DNA of 27,255 nucleotides from the UHGV virus genome UHGV-2078504; one strand, given 5' to 3'. The DNA comes from a virus. The notes beneath the pieces are model-generated. The model was not told the origin of the DNA. It saw only the letters and a program-made list of their open reading frames with translations, and did not search any database. The position numbers were made by a program, and so were the translations under genes. Of this stretch, positions 17,141 through 26,266 are shown one piece after another; position 1 is the stretch's first letter, and each line of letters begins with the position of its first letter.

Positions 17141-17617
17141 ATGCAGACACTAAATTCCCAACGTAAAGCTTTCCTGGATATGGTGGCATGGTCAGAAGGA
17201 ACGGATAACGGGCGACAACCGACACGTAATCACGGTTATGACGTTATCGTCGGAGGTGAGTTGTTCACTGATTACTCCGATCACCCTCGCAAACTTGTCA
17301 CGCTAAACCCGAAGCTTAAATCAACAGCTGCAGGCCGGTATCAGCTTCTTTCACGCTGGTGGGATGCCTACCGCAAGCAGCTTGGCCTGAAAGATTTTTC
17401 GCCAGAAAATCAGGACGCTGTGGCGCTGCAGCAGATTAAAGAGCGTGGCGCTTTACCGATGATTGACCGTGGCGATATTCGTCAGGCAATCGACCGTTGC
17501 AGCAATATCTGGGCGTCGTTACCTGGTGCAGGTTACGGTCAGTATGAACATAAAATCGGTGACCTGATTTCCAGGTTTAAAGATGCTGGTGGGGTGGTAA
17601 ATGAAGCTGACTTATAA
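17141..17617 (+). CDS. R: Endolysin, lambda R-type lytic transglycosylase
   Basis: 158-aa product is near-identical over most of its length to phage lambda R as recalled (NSQRKAFLDMVAWSEGTDNGRQPTRNHGYDVIVGGELFTDYSDHPRKLVTLNPKLKST...). Confidence 0.9.
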   Translation: MQTLNSQRKAFLDMVAWSEGTDNGRQPTRNHGYDVIVGGELFTDYSDHPRKLVTLNPKLKSTAAGRYQLLSRWWDAYRKQLGLKDFSPENQDAVALQQIKERGALPMIDRGDIRQAIDRCSNIWASLPGAGYGQYEHKIGDLISRFKDAGGVVNEADL

Positions 17618-18125
17618 GATTGTCATCGCGGCATTTTTCTTCTCTGTCTTTGGGGCGCTCGTCTGGTCTGCAAACCATTACCACAGCAAGTATCAGGCAG
17701 AAAAGTTGCGGGCTGATAAAGCGGAAGGTGAAGCTGAATATCAAGGGAAAGTGATAGCTAATCAGGCATTAAACTTCAATCGTTTTAACCAGATAGCAGA
17801 AAACGCAAGCCGATTAAATTCTCTGGTCGACATCGATCACGAGAAGACAGTCATCAAATACCGTGAGGTTCTGCTCCGTGAAAAGAACTGTGATTTCCCT
17901 GTTCCTGTTGATATTGCTGTCGGGTTGCTCAACTACGCGAACCGTTTACGCGCCAGCGCATTGCACGCCGATTCCGGGGACATTGACTCAGTCGGTGATC
18001 GTGCCACTACCACCAGAACGTTGACATATTGCCAGGCTGTTCTGTGGATTAACCCACTGTTGGCAGCCATCGAGAAGGCGAATAACCAGTTGGCTGGTGT
18101 CCGACAAATAGAACAGTCCCGGTAA
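17601..18125 (+). CDS. Rz: Rz-like inner-membrane spanin (i-spanin)
   Basis: 174-aa ORF overlapping the endolysin stop, N-terminal TM helix (IVIAAFFFSVFGALVWS) then coiled-coil periplasmic domain; contains an embedded +1-frame lipoprotein ORF. Confidence 0.75.
   Translation: MKLTYKIVIAAFFFSVFGALVWSANHYHSKYQAEKLRADKAEGEAEYQGKVIANQALNFNRFNQIAENASRLNSLVDIDHEKTVIKYREVLLREKNCDFPVPVDIAVGLLNYANRLRASALHADSGDIDSVGDRATTTRTLTYCQAVLWINPLLAAIEKANNQLAGVRQIEQSR
17878..18024 (+). CDS. Rz1: Rz1-like outer-membrane lipoprotein spanin (o-spanin), embedded in Rz in the +1 frame
   Basis: Hand translation from GTG 17878: (M)KRTVISLFLLILLSGCSTTRTVYAPAHCTPIPGTLTQSVIVPLPPER, stop TGA 18022-18024; lipobox LLSGC, proline-rich mature part; GAGG 9 nt upstream. 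Confidence 0.6.
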   Translation: MKRTVISLFLLILLSGCSTTRTVYAPAHCTPIPGTLTQSVIVPLPPER

Positions 18126-18186
18126 TAGCATTACAGAAGCTCTTCCAGGAGGGGCTTCGATAATGACCTGATAACTGGAAAATAAA

Positions 18187-18759
18187 ATGACTAAGAAGCT
18201 GAAAGCAAAACACGAGGTGTTTTGTCGCGAGTTTCTTGTCGATCTGAATGCTACACAAGCAGCTATTCGCGCAGGCTATGCCTCCAGGCGAGCACATGTT
18301 ACGGGGGCTGAACTATATGGTAAACCTGAGATACGCGCCCGCATTAACGAGCTAAAGCAGGAGCGTATTGATCAACTGGGCATTGATGCGAATTATGTGC
18401 TAATGCGACTGGTTGAGATCGACAGGCTCGATGTGGCTGACATCCTGGAGGACGATTTAAGTATTAAGCCTCTGTCTGCGTGGCCGGAATCGTGGCGTCG
18501 GTACCTGAGTGGATTTAACCTCGCTGAAATGTTTGAGGGGCGAGGAGATGACAGAGAAATGGTCGGGCTCCTTAAAAAGATTAAGTGGCCTGATAAGGTT
18601 AAAAACCTTGAGTTGCTTGGGCGCCATGTTTCTGTTCAGGCGTTTAAAGACAACGTCAAAAATGAAGTGACTGGCGCTGATGGAGGACCAGTCAGAACAG
18701 AAATTACCAACTTAACGCCGGAGCAGGCTGCAGAGGCGTATAGAAAAATGATGGGGTGA
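18187..18759 (+). CDS. terS: Terminase small subunit
   Basis: 190-aa ORF with N-terminal FCREFLVDLNATQAAIRAGY motif typical of terminase small subunits; precedes the large subunit. Confidence 0.75.
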   Translation: MTKKLKAKHEVFCREFLVDLNATQAAIRAGYASRRAHVTGAELYGKPEIRARINELKQERIDQLGIDANYVLMRLVEIDRLDVADILEDDLSIKPLSAWPESWRRYLSGFNLAEMFEGRGDDREMVGLLKKIKWPDKVKNLELLGRHVSVQAFKDNVKNEVTGADGGPVRTEITNLTPEQAAEAYRKMMG

Positions 18760-18784
18760 TAGCCGCATGTTGCGGCTATGTATT

Positions 18785-18997
18785 TTAGGCTTGCTTTGGT
18801 CGAGTAATTCGGCCAAGAGCTTTAATTGCAGCGACTTTGACGTTGTGATTTAAGTCTGAAGATAAAGCAAGTAAGCGATTTACATGAGCTGGCGTTGCTG
18901 AAGCACTTTCACCGAGAGCATAAATTGCAGACAATTTTACTTCGTTGTTAAGGTCGTTGGTTAATTCCAACAACTTAGCACTAACTGCTGGTGTCAT
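18785..18997 (-). CDS. Small AT-rich hypothetical protein with HEAT-like repeats, antisense between terS and terL
   Basis: Strong AGGAGG Shine-Dalgarno 4 nt upstream of the ATG at 18995-18997 (minus strand); 70-aa product MTPAVSAKLLELTNDLNNEVKLSAIYALGES...LNHNVKVAAIKALGRI has two HEAT/PBS-lyase-like repeat units. The longer ORF to 19045 is probably not the start. Confidence 0.5.
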   Translation of the reverse strand: MTPAVSAKLLELTNDLNNEVKLSAIYALGESASATPAHVNRLLALSSDLNHNVKVAAIKALGRITRPKQA

Positions 18998-19067
18998 AAA
19001 ACCTCCTGTAATTGGTACATAAACACTATCAACTTTGTTACGCAAAAACTCAATGCCTGGAATTGTT

Positions 19068-20691
19068 TATGCCTATTCCGTTTAAATTCGACTTCAGGAA
19101 CCCTGATTACCAGATGGTTTTTGAATGGCGGATGGAACGCTTACAGCGCATTCGCCAGAACCCTGAAATATTGCCAGCACTAAAACAGTTTTACCGAACC
19201 AACCCGGCTCAGTTCATCATCGACTGGGGCATGACAACGGACCCGCGTAATATTGATTATGGCCTGCCGGTAACCATTCCGTTTTTACTCTTCCCTAAGC
19301 AGGAGGAGTGGATCCACTGGATTATGGAACGCTGGAGCAATCGGGAGAATGGTATTACCGAAAAATCCCGTGAAATGGGGCTCAGTTGGACCGCGATCGG
19401 ACTGGCCTGCTCGCTTTGTCTCTTCAACAAAGAAATGGTTATCGGTTTCGGCTCCCGTAAAGAGGAATACGTCGACAGCACTGGTGACCCGAAAGCATTG
19501 TTCTGGAAGGCACGCAAGTTCGTGGAAACGCTACCTGTAGAGTTTCGCGGTTCGTGGAGCGAGAAGAAGCACGCGCCATATATGCGTGTTGAGTTTCCTG
19601 AAACAGGTGCCGTTATCAAAGGCGAGGCTGGCGATAATATTGGTCGTGGTGACCGTACCACGCTTTATCTGGTTGATGAGGCTGCATTCCTTCAGCGTCC
19701 TCTGCTGATTGATGCGGCGTTGTCACAAACGACGCGTTGCCGTATCGACCTGAGTTCAGTTAACGGCATGGCTAACCCGTTCGCTCAGAAGCGTCATGGC
19801 GGGAAGATACCGGTATTCACATTCCACTGGCGGGATGATCCTCGCAAGGATGAAGAGTGGTATCGCAGGGAATGCGAGAAAATCGATAATCCGGTGGTGG
19901 TGGCACAGGAACTTGATCTGAACTACAGCGCATCAGCGGAAGGAGTCCTGATTCCATCCGAATGGGTACAGGCTGCCGTTGATGCGCATATCAAACTGGG
20001 GATCCAGCCAACAGGCAAACGACTTGGCGCGATGGATGTCGCCGACGAAGGCAGGGACAAAAATGCCTTTTCCACCCGTCATGGCTTCCTCCTGGAAAAT
20101 GTGCGGGAATGGTCCGGTGTGGGCAGCGACATTTATCAGTCCGTCGAGAAGGTTTTCGGCTTTTGCGAACAGGACAACCTCGAAGAGTTTCGCTTTGACG
20201 AGGACGGGCTGGGCGCTGGCGTTCGCGGCGATGCACGCGCTATCAACGAACTGCGTAACGCTGCGCGTCGACCGTCAATACTTGCCACACCGTTTCGAGG
20301 TAGTGGCGCGGTATTTGATCCGGATGATGAAGCTGTTCGCGGGGACAACGGGCAAGCCGCACGTCTGAACAAGGACTTCTTCGCTAACGCCAAAGCCCAG
20401 AGCTGGTGGCGGTTACGTAAACTTTTTCAGAATACCTGGCGCGCCGTGGTTGAAGGTATGGCTTACAACCCGGACGAAATCATCTCAATCAGCAGTAGCA
20501 TGGCACTCAAAGATAAACTCATCATCGAGCTTTCGCAGCCGACCTATTCCATTAATGGTGTGGGAAAAATAGTTATTGATAAACAGCCTGATGGAACCCG
20601 ATCGCCAAACCTTGCCGACTCGGTGATGATCAACTATGCCCCAATGAATTCAGCCCTGAACATCTGGGAGCTGCTAGGGAGACAGGCCTGA
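19068..20691 (+). CDS. terL: Terminase large subunit
   Basis: Large ORF with ATPase Walker B-like [10 protein letters not shown] and C-terminal nuclease region; start placed at the ATG at 19068 (MPIPFKFDF...) to avoid overlapping the antisense small gene; the longest ORF begins at 19012. Confidence 0.8.
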
Positions 20692-22157
20692 TGGCACGAA
20701 ACAAACAAGCCCTGCGGCGAACTGCGCAGGCCACAGCTGATGGTTATGAGAATTTTATTGCCCGCGTAGGGATGCAGACACCTAACCAGCACTCAGCATC
20801 CACCTACCGGGCTAATTTCACCAGTCGTAACCGCATGCTGGTGGAATGGTCCTATCGTTCGTCCTGGATTATCGGCGAAGCGGTCGATGCTATCCCGGAT
20901 GATATGACCCGCAAAGGCATTCGCATCACGTCGGAAATTGATGCAAAAGATCGCGGCATTCTCGAATCACAACTGGATGAGTTGCAAATCTGGGATGCGC
21001 TGAATGACGTGCTGAAATGGTCGCGCCTCTACGGCGGCGCGGTGGGTTTCATCATGATTGAGGGGCAGGCACCAATGACCCCGCTGCGACCCGAAACCAT
21101 CGGTAAGGGCAAGTTTAAGGGGATTCTCCCGCTCGACCGCTGGATGATTGACCCGGTACTGACCCGCCGCATTAAAGATATGGGGCCGGACCTGGGTAAA
21201 CCTGAGTTTTACGATGTGGTGACCACAGCAACGGGAATTCCTGCCTGGCGCATTCATCACAGTCGACTGATTCGCTTTGATGGCGTCACGCTGCCATTTC
21301 AGCAGAAGATGACCGAGAACGAATGGGGAATGTCGGTTGTAGAGCGTATCTGGGATCGTCTTACCGCGTTCGACAGCGCTACTGTCGGCGCGGCGCAGCT
21401 GGTCTACAAAGCGCATTTGCGTACCTACAGCGTGGAGAAGCTACGCGAGCTTATCGCACTTGGTGGTCCTGCGTATGAAGCGTTGCTGAAGAATATCGAC
21501 CTGATTCGACAGTTCCAGAGCAATGAAGGCATGACGCTCATGGACTCGCGGGATAAGTTTGAAACCCATCAGTACAGCTTCAGTGGTCTGGATGACATCC
21601 TTTCGCAGTTTGCAGAACAGATTAGTGGCGCTGTTGGTATCCCACTGGTGCGGTTGTTCGGACAGTCCCCGAAAGGATTTTCTACCGGTGATGCAGACCT
21701 TACCAACTATTACGACCGGGTAAGCTCGTTGCAGGAGAGGCGTTTACGTCTTCCGGTGCGGCGGATACTGGACATCATGCATCGTTCGGAACTTGGCAAG
21801 CCGCTGCCGGACGATTTCACGTTTGAGTTTAACCCGCTCTGGCAAATGTCTGATGTCGATCGCTCAACGGTGGCGTTAAACACCACCAACGCAATCAGTA
21901 CGGCGCTGGGTGATGGTCTGATGACACTGAAAGCCGCTATGACTGATTTGCGCGAAAATTCTGACGTAACCGGCATCGGGGCATCCATTACCGACGAGGA
22001 CATCGAGAATGCCGAAGATGAAGCGCCGCCCGGCATCGGCGAACCTGATGACGAACCGCAGGAACCGTCAGGCGGAAATCCGCTATCGAACCAGCCTACG
22101 CAGGATAGCGCGGGCGGTCGGAGACATCGTAAATGGTCGCTACGATGGTTCAAATGA
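20691..22157 (+). CDS. Portal protein
   Basis: 488-aa ORF start-coupled to terL stop (TGATG), followed by head morphogenesis gene; acidic C-terminus; position and size typical of portal proteins. Confidence 0.7.
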   Translation: MARNKQALRRTAQATADGYENFIARVGMQTPNQHSASTYRANFTSRNRMLVEWSYRSSWIIGEAVDAIPDDMTRKGIRITSEIDAKDRGILESQLDELQIWDALNDVLKWSRLYGGAVGFIMIEGQAPMTPLRPETIGKGKFKGILPLDRWMIDPVLTRRIKDMGPDLGKPEFYDVVTTATGIPAWRIHHSRLIRFDGVTLPFQQKMTENEWGMSVVERIWDRLTAFDSATVGAAQLVYKAHLRTYSVEKLRELIALGGPAYEALLKNIDLIRQFQSNEGMTLMDSRDKFETHQYSFSGLDDILSQFAEQISGAVGIPLVRLFGQSPKGFSTGDADLTNYYDRVSSLQERRLRLPVRRILDIMHRSELGKPLPDDFTFEFNPLWQMSDVDRSTVALNTTNAISTALGDGLMTLKAAMTDLRENSDVTGIGASITDEDIENAEDEAPPGIGEPDDEPQEPSGGNPLSNQPTQDSAGGRRHRKWSLRWFK

Positions 22158-22782
22158 CAGTATCACGGAAATTATTGAGGCGCTGGAACGCTACAGTGAA
22201 ATCATCACCCCCTGGGCGACAAAGGTCGCGGAAAACTTTACCGCCGATATTGTGCGCAAGAATGATGAGCAGTGGCGTAAACACAGCAAAACCATCAGCC
22301 GTGAGCTACGCAATCTGGTAAACAGTGCCCCGCCAGGGCAGGTGATGAAATCCATCGTTGCTGAACAGGTTAAGTACATTAAATCGCTACCCCTCGAGGC
22401 GGCTGACAGGGTGTACGACATCCGGAATCGGGCGATTGAAGCTGTTGTGACCGGTGGGAGAGCGGAACATTTTGCTAAAGAAATAGCCGCATCGGGTGAT
22501 ATAGCAAAGTCCAGAGCTGACCTGATTGCCCGTACTGAACTTGGACGTGCAACCGGCGCGCTGGATCAGGCGCGTGCGCTGGCAATTGGTTCGAATGGTT
22601 ATATCTGGCGTACAGCCGAAGATGGTGACGTCAGGCATTCTCATCGGGAAATGGAAGGTAAATTTGTCGAATGGGGCAAACCTCCAACGCTTGATGGCAT
22701 GACCGGTCACGCTGGCGAGCTCCCGAATTGTCGCTGTTATAAAGAAATCGTTTTTCCCACCTCCCATTCTTATCCCGCCTGA
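22009..22782 (+). CDS. Head morphogenesis protein (Mu F / SPP1 gp7-like minor capsid protein)
   Basis: Conserved C-terminal region (ARTELGRATG..., WRTAEDGDVRHSHREMEGKF..., PNCRCY) typical of the Mu-F-like family. Start ambiguous (22009, 22018 or 22048); all candidates overlap the portal 3' end by at least 110 nt. Confidence 0.65.
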   Translation: MPKMKRRPASANLMTNRRNRQAEIRYRTSLRRIARAVGDIVNGRYDGSNDSITEIIEALERYSEIITPWATKVAENFTADIVRKNDEQWRKHSKTISRELRNLVNSAPPGQVMKSIVAEQVKYIKSLPLEAADRVYDIRNRAIEAVVTGGRAEHFAKEIAASGDIAKSRADLIARTELGRATGALDQARALAIGSNGYIWRTAEDGDVRHSHREMEGKFVEWGKPPTLDGMTGHAGELPNCRCYKEIVFPTSHSYPA

Positions 22783-22796
22783 ATCGCAGGTAACAC

Positions 22797-24029
22797 ATGA
22801 AATATTTTTTCAATACCCGGCTGGGGGAAACCCGCTATCAGCTGGCTGACGGCTCGTTGCTGTGCAAAGACGTGCCGATAGGACGAACAGGTAAGCAGCT
22901 CTATGGTGCTGATGACCTGCCAAAACTGAAACCCGATAAGTTCGGTGAAATAGTCGTCACGCGTTCTCCTGAGCAGGTATTCCATCCGGCCACGCTCGCC
23001 TCATTCGAAGGGATGAGCATCACGATCCTGCATCCTGAAGATGAAAACGGGAATGTGCGGCTGGTCAACCCCGAGAACTGGAAAGAGCTTGCGGTAGGGC
23101 ATCTTCAGAACGTTCGGCGCGGGACAGGTGATCAGTCTGATTGGATGCTGGCTGACCTTATCGTCAAAGACGAAAGCGCCATTCAGCTGATCGAAGATGG
23201 TCTGCGCGAAGTGTCGTGCGGCTATGACGCTGAGTACGAGCAGACCGAACCCGGAAAAGCCGAGCAGGTCGATATCACCGGAAACCATGTGGCTCTTGTC
23301 CCTAAAGGCAGAGCCGGAAATCGTTGTGCAATTGGAGACAGAGACACAATGGCAAATCAAAAGAAAAGCTGGTGGACCCGCATGCGCACGGCCATCAAAA
23401 CGGGTGACGCTGACACCATGAACGAACTGCTGGACTCTGCGCCAGCGGCGGTAACGGGTGACGAAGGGGATCTGCCGAGCGGCGTTAACCTCAACATTAA
23501 CCTTTCACCGCAGCAACCATTGCCGGACAAAAAGCCGGAAATGGGCGGAGAGCCAACCGGCGACGGCGAGGACGATATCAAAACCTTGCTCAAAGCCCTG
23601 CTGGCTAAGCTGGAAGGTACTGCAACGGGCGATAACGACGATAAGCCTGACGGCAAAGATAACAAAGACCCTACCGGCGACGGTGAGGACGACGAAGAGG
23701 AAACCACGATTACCGGTGACGCTGCTTATCGTGCCGAAGTTATCGTTCCGGGTATCGATCTGAGCCGTAAGGTGAAACCGACCGCGTTCAAACGTGATGT
23801 GCTGTCCGCCGCTGACAAAACACTGGTTCGCCAGGTTGTCGGTGATGCAGATATCCGCAAATTGCCCAAGCAATCGGTCGATATGGCGTTTAACGCCGTG
23901 TCTGAGATTGCCAAAGGGCGAAACACCCGCAGCACCACGGGCGATGCACAACGTCCAAATATGGGCATGACCAGCATCGCTTCCCTGAACAAACAAAACG
24001 CCGACTTCTGGTCTAACCGCAAAGGATAA
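22797..24029 (+). CDS. DUF2213-like phage protein (putative scaffold/prohead protease)
   Basis: 410-aa ORF between head morphogenesis and capsid genes; acidic low-complexity middle with duplicated PTGDGEDD motif; family assignment from memory. Confidence 0.55.
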   Translation: MKYFFNTRLGETRYQLADGSLLCKDVPIGRTGKQLYGADDLPKLKPDKFGEIVVTRSPEQVFHPATLASFEGMSITILHPEDENGNVRLVNPENWKELAVGHLQNVRRGTGDQSDWMLADLIVKDESAIQLIEDGLREVSCGYDAEYEQTEPGKAEQVDITGNHVALVPKGRAGNRCAIGDRDTMANQKKSWWTRMRTAIKTGDADTMNELLDSAPAAVTGDEGDLPSGVNLNINLSPQQPLPDKKPEMGGEPTGDGEDDIKTLLKALLAKLEGTATGDNDDKPDGKDNKDPTGDGEDDEEETTITGDAAYRAEVIVPGIDLSRKVKPTAFKRDVLSAADKTLVRQVVGDADIRKLPKQSVDMAFNAVSEIAKGRNTRSTTGDAQRPNMGMTSIASLNKQNADFWSNRKG

Positions 24030-24033
24030 TCCA

Positions 24034-24537
24034 ATGACTGCATATCTGTACCGGATGCCTGTTGGCATTGCCGGGGCTATCTCTCGCCCGCAGGACTTAA
24101 CCGTCGAACCGGTGATCCTTAAATCCGCTAACGCCTTCGCTGCCTATGGTCTGGCTGGCAAATATGACGCTGACGGCTTTTTCGTGCCGCTGGCGGACGG
24201 TGACACCGCCGACAAGGTGAAGGGGATCTACGTTCGTCCGTATCCGACCACATCGCAGCCAGACATGGTTCGCCAGGTGGGGACGGATAAGAACTTCCCG
24301 GGTGACGCCATGAAGCGTGGCTACATGACCGTTAATCTCGGTTCTGACTTTGATGCCAGCACCATCAAAAAAGGCGACCCGGTATACGTTGTCGTCTCCA
24401 CTGATGAATCCATCAAAGTGCCGCTGGGCGGCTTCATGTCCACGTCCGTCAGTGGCAAAAACGTGGCGCTGACCAACGCCGAATTCACAGGGGCCGGTGA
24501 CGCTAACGGCAATGCAGAAATCTCCTGGAAGATTTAA
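24034..24537 (+). CDS. Hypothetical head protein (possible decoration/structural protein)
   Basis: 167-aa ORF immediately upstream of major capsid gene; Gly/Asp/Val-rich composition suggests a beta-rich fold; no motif recognised. Confidence 0.45.
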   Translation: MTAYLYRMPVGIAGAISRPQDLTVEPVILKSANAFAAYGLAGKYDADGFFVPLADGDTADKVKGIYVRPYPTTSQPDMVRQVGTDKNFPGDAMKRGYMTVNLGSDFDASTIKKGDPVYVVVSTDESIKVPLGGFMSTSVSGKNVALTNAEFTGAGDANGNAEISWKI

Positions 24538-24548
24538 GGAACAGACGA

Positions 24549-25490
24549 ATGATTACTTTTGATCAGGCAACCGTTGATAGCTCTGGTGCCTTTCTCATCG
24601 GGGAGCTGGAGCGACTCGACCAGACGTTGAACCTGCCGCTGGTGGGTTACACCTGGACCCGCGATATTCAGCTGCGTGAAGACGTTTCTATCGCAGATGA
24701 CATTTCCAGCTGGACTAACACCAGTTTTGGCGCTGCGGGTACTGGCGCAAATCCGAACGGTAAAAACTGGGTAGGCAAAGACTCCACTGCTATTGCTGGC
24801 GTGAATGTTGATATCGGCAAAGACGGCAATCCGCTGAACCTCTGGGGCATGGAACTGGGCTGGACCGTTGTAGAGCTGGCAGCAGCTCAGCAGGTAGGTC
24901 GCCCGATTGATACCCAGAAGTACGACGGGATGCAGCTCAAATGGCAGATGGACAACGACGAGCAGGTTTACATTGGCGATGATGCGCTCGGCCTGAAAGG
25001 GCTGGCAAACCTTGTCGGTGTGACGCTGAACAATGCGCCGAAGACCTGGGCGAACTCCACCAACGACGAGATTCTCGATAGCGTGAACAGCATTCTGTCG
25101 AATGCCTGGGCAGCATCCGGTTATTCCGTCGTGCCTTCTGATCTGCGCATTCCGCCAGAGCAGTATTCACTGCTGGCGAGCCGTAAGGTTTCCGAAGCGG
25201 GTAACCAGTCACTGCTGACCTATCTGGCCGTGAACACTATCGCTTTCCACCAGAACGGCGTTCCGCTGGAAATCAAAGCGGTCAAATGGCTGAAAGGGCG
25301 CGGAGTTGGCGGTAAAGACCGTATGGTCGCCTACACCAACGACAAGAAATACGTGCGCTATCCGCTGGTGCCGTTGCAAAGCGTTCCTGTCCAGTATCGC
25401 GGTCTGTACCAGATTGCGACCTATTACGGCAAGCTCGGTGCGGTTGAGCCAGTGTACAAAGAAACCCTGTCCTACGTGGACGGTATCTGA
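24549..25490 (+). CDS. Major capsid protein (DUF2184-like)
   Basis: 313-aa ORF with AGGAAC ribosome-binding context, located after the scaffold-like gene; size and position typical; family assignment from memory. Confidence 0.65.
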   Translation: MITFDQATVDSSGAFLIGELERLDQTLNLPLVGYTWTRDIQLREDVSIADDISSWTNTSFGAAGTGANPNGKNWVGKDSTAIAGVNVDIGKDGNPLNLWGMELGWTVVELAAAQQVGRPIDTQKYDGMQLKWQMDNDEQVYIGDDALGLKGLANLVGVTLNNAPKTWANSTNDEILDSVNSILSNAWAASGYSVVPSDLRIPPEQYSLLASRKVSEAGNQSLLTYLAVNTIAFHQNGVPLEIKAVKWLKGRGVGGKDRMVAYTNDKKYVRYPLVPLQSVPVQYRGLYQIATYYGKLGAVEPVYKETLSYVDGI

Positions 25491-25500
25491 TAACCAGAAC

Positions 25501-25516
25501 GGCCCCGAAAGGGGCC
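25501..25516 (+). terminator. Possible terminator hairpin after capsid gene
   Basis: GGCCCC-gaaa-GGGGCC perfect hairpin 11 nt after the capsid stop; downstream sequence is interrupted by the N gap so a U-tract cannot be assessed. Confidence 0.3.
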
Positions 25517-25521
25517 AGAAG

Positions 25522-25536
25522 NNNNNNNNNNNNNNN
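25522..25536. other. Assembly gap (15 N)
   Basis: Run of 15 n characters; true length unknown. Confidence 0.95.
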
Positions 25537-25893
25537 CACACCCCGTTTACGCTGACGCTCGGCGATCAGTCAAAACAGGAGTTTGGCCGGGGGCGGCATA
25601 ACGTACCGGAAGAGGTCGCGTCTCACTGGTTCACCCAGGCGCACTCTGAGCTTTCCGAAAGCGTGATTAGCGACACCGATGATCTGCAACCCATTATCGA
25701 CAGCCTGCAAGCGCAGATTGCCGACAAAGATAAGCAGATTGTCGATAAAGATCAGCTGATTGCCGATCTGAAAGAAGCGCTGCTCAAGCTGCAAGAGCAG
25801 AAAGACAGCCTGCAAGCGCAGATTGCTGCCGCCCAGACTGGCGGTAATGGGGCGAAAGATGCCAAAGAATCAAAGCCTGCCAACAGTAAGTGA
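25537..25893 (+). CDS. Hypothetical coiled-coil phage protein, 5'-truncated by the assembly gap
   Basis: Open frame continuing from the gap to the stop at 25891-25893, no in-frame Met after the gap; repeated SLQAQIA heptad-like segments ([46 protein letters not shown]). Confidence 0.4.
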   Translation, partial: HTPFTLTLGDQSKQEFGRGRHNVPEEVASHWFTQAHSELSESVISDTDDLQPIIDSLQAQIADKDKQIVDKDQLIADLKEALLKLQEQKDSLQAQIAAAQTGGNGAKDAKESKPANSK

Positions 25894-26266
25894 TTTTCGG
25901 CGCGACTTTCCACAGTTTGCTGACCCTGCCAAATATCCCGAAGCACAAATCCAGTTTCGTCTGAATCTGGCTGATGTGCTGCTGAGCGAAAACGTCACCG
26001 GCAAAGAGTTGTTTCTGTACTTTGTCGAGTTGTTCGTGGCTCACTACATGACGCTCTGGGCGGCAGATAGCCGGGCAATGCTCGTCGGCGGCCCGGGTGG
26101 CTCAACCAATGGTGTTCAGTCCTCCAAGTCCGTTGACAAGGTAAGCGTCAGCTATGACACCAGCGCGACGCTAAACCCTGACGCAGGCTTCTGGAATAAC
26201 ACCCGATATGGCGCTGAATTTTATCAGCTGATCACGATGTTCGGTGCGGGCGGTCGCCAGCTATGA
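25859..26266 (+). CDS. DUF4054-like phage protein (putative head-tail connector/neck)
   Basis: ORF with start chosen at ATG 25859 ([13 protein letters not shown]...); the longest ORF begins at 25823; sits among head-completion genes; family assignment from memory. Confidence 0.5.
   Translation: MPKNQSLPTVSDFRRDFPQFADPAKYPEAQIQFRLNLADVLLSENVTGKELFLYFVELFVAHYMTLWAADSRAMLVGGPGGSTNGVQSSKSVDKVSVSYDTSATLNPDAGFWNNTRYGAEFYQLITMFGAGGRQL

Noticed and set aside
19012-19067. Longer terminase large-subunit start at 19012
   Set aside because: It would overlap the start and AGGAGG ribosome-binding site of the antisense small gene, and the first 19 residues ([19 protein letters not shown]) look unlike a terminase N-terminus; the ATG at 19068 is preferred, though this is not certain.
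23001-24068. Minus-strand ORFs of 116-187 aa antisense to the DUF2213-like and neighbouring head genes
   Set aside because: Embedded antisense in a tightly packed structural operon; Ser/Pro/Val-rich composition indicates frame artefacts.
25209-25541. Minus-strand ORFs containing X residues spanning the N gap
   Set aside because: They cross the assembly gap and are antisense to the major capsid gene; artefacts of the unresolved bases.
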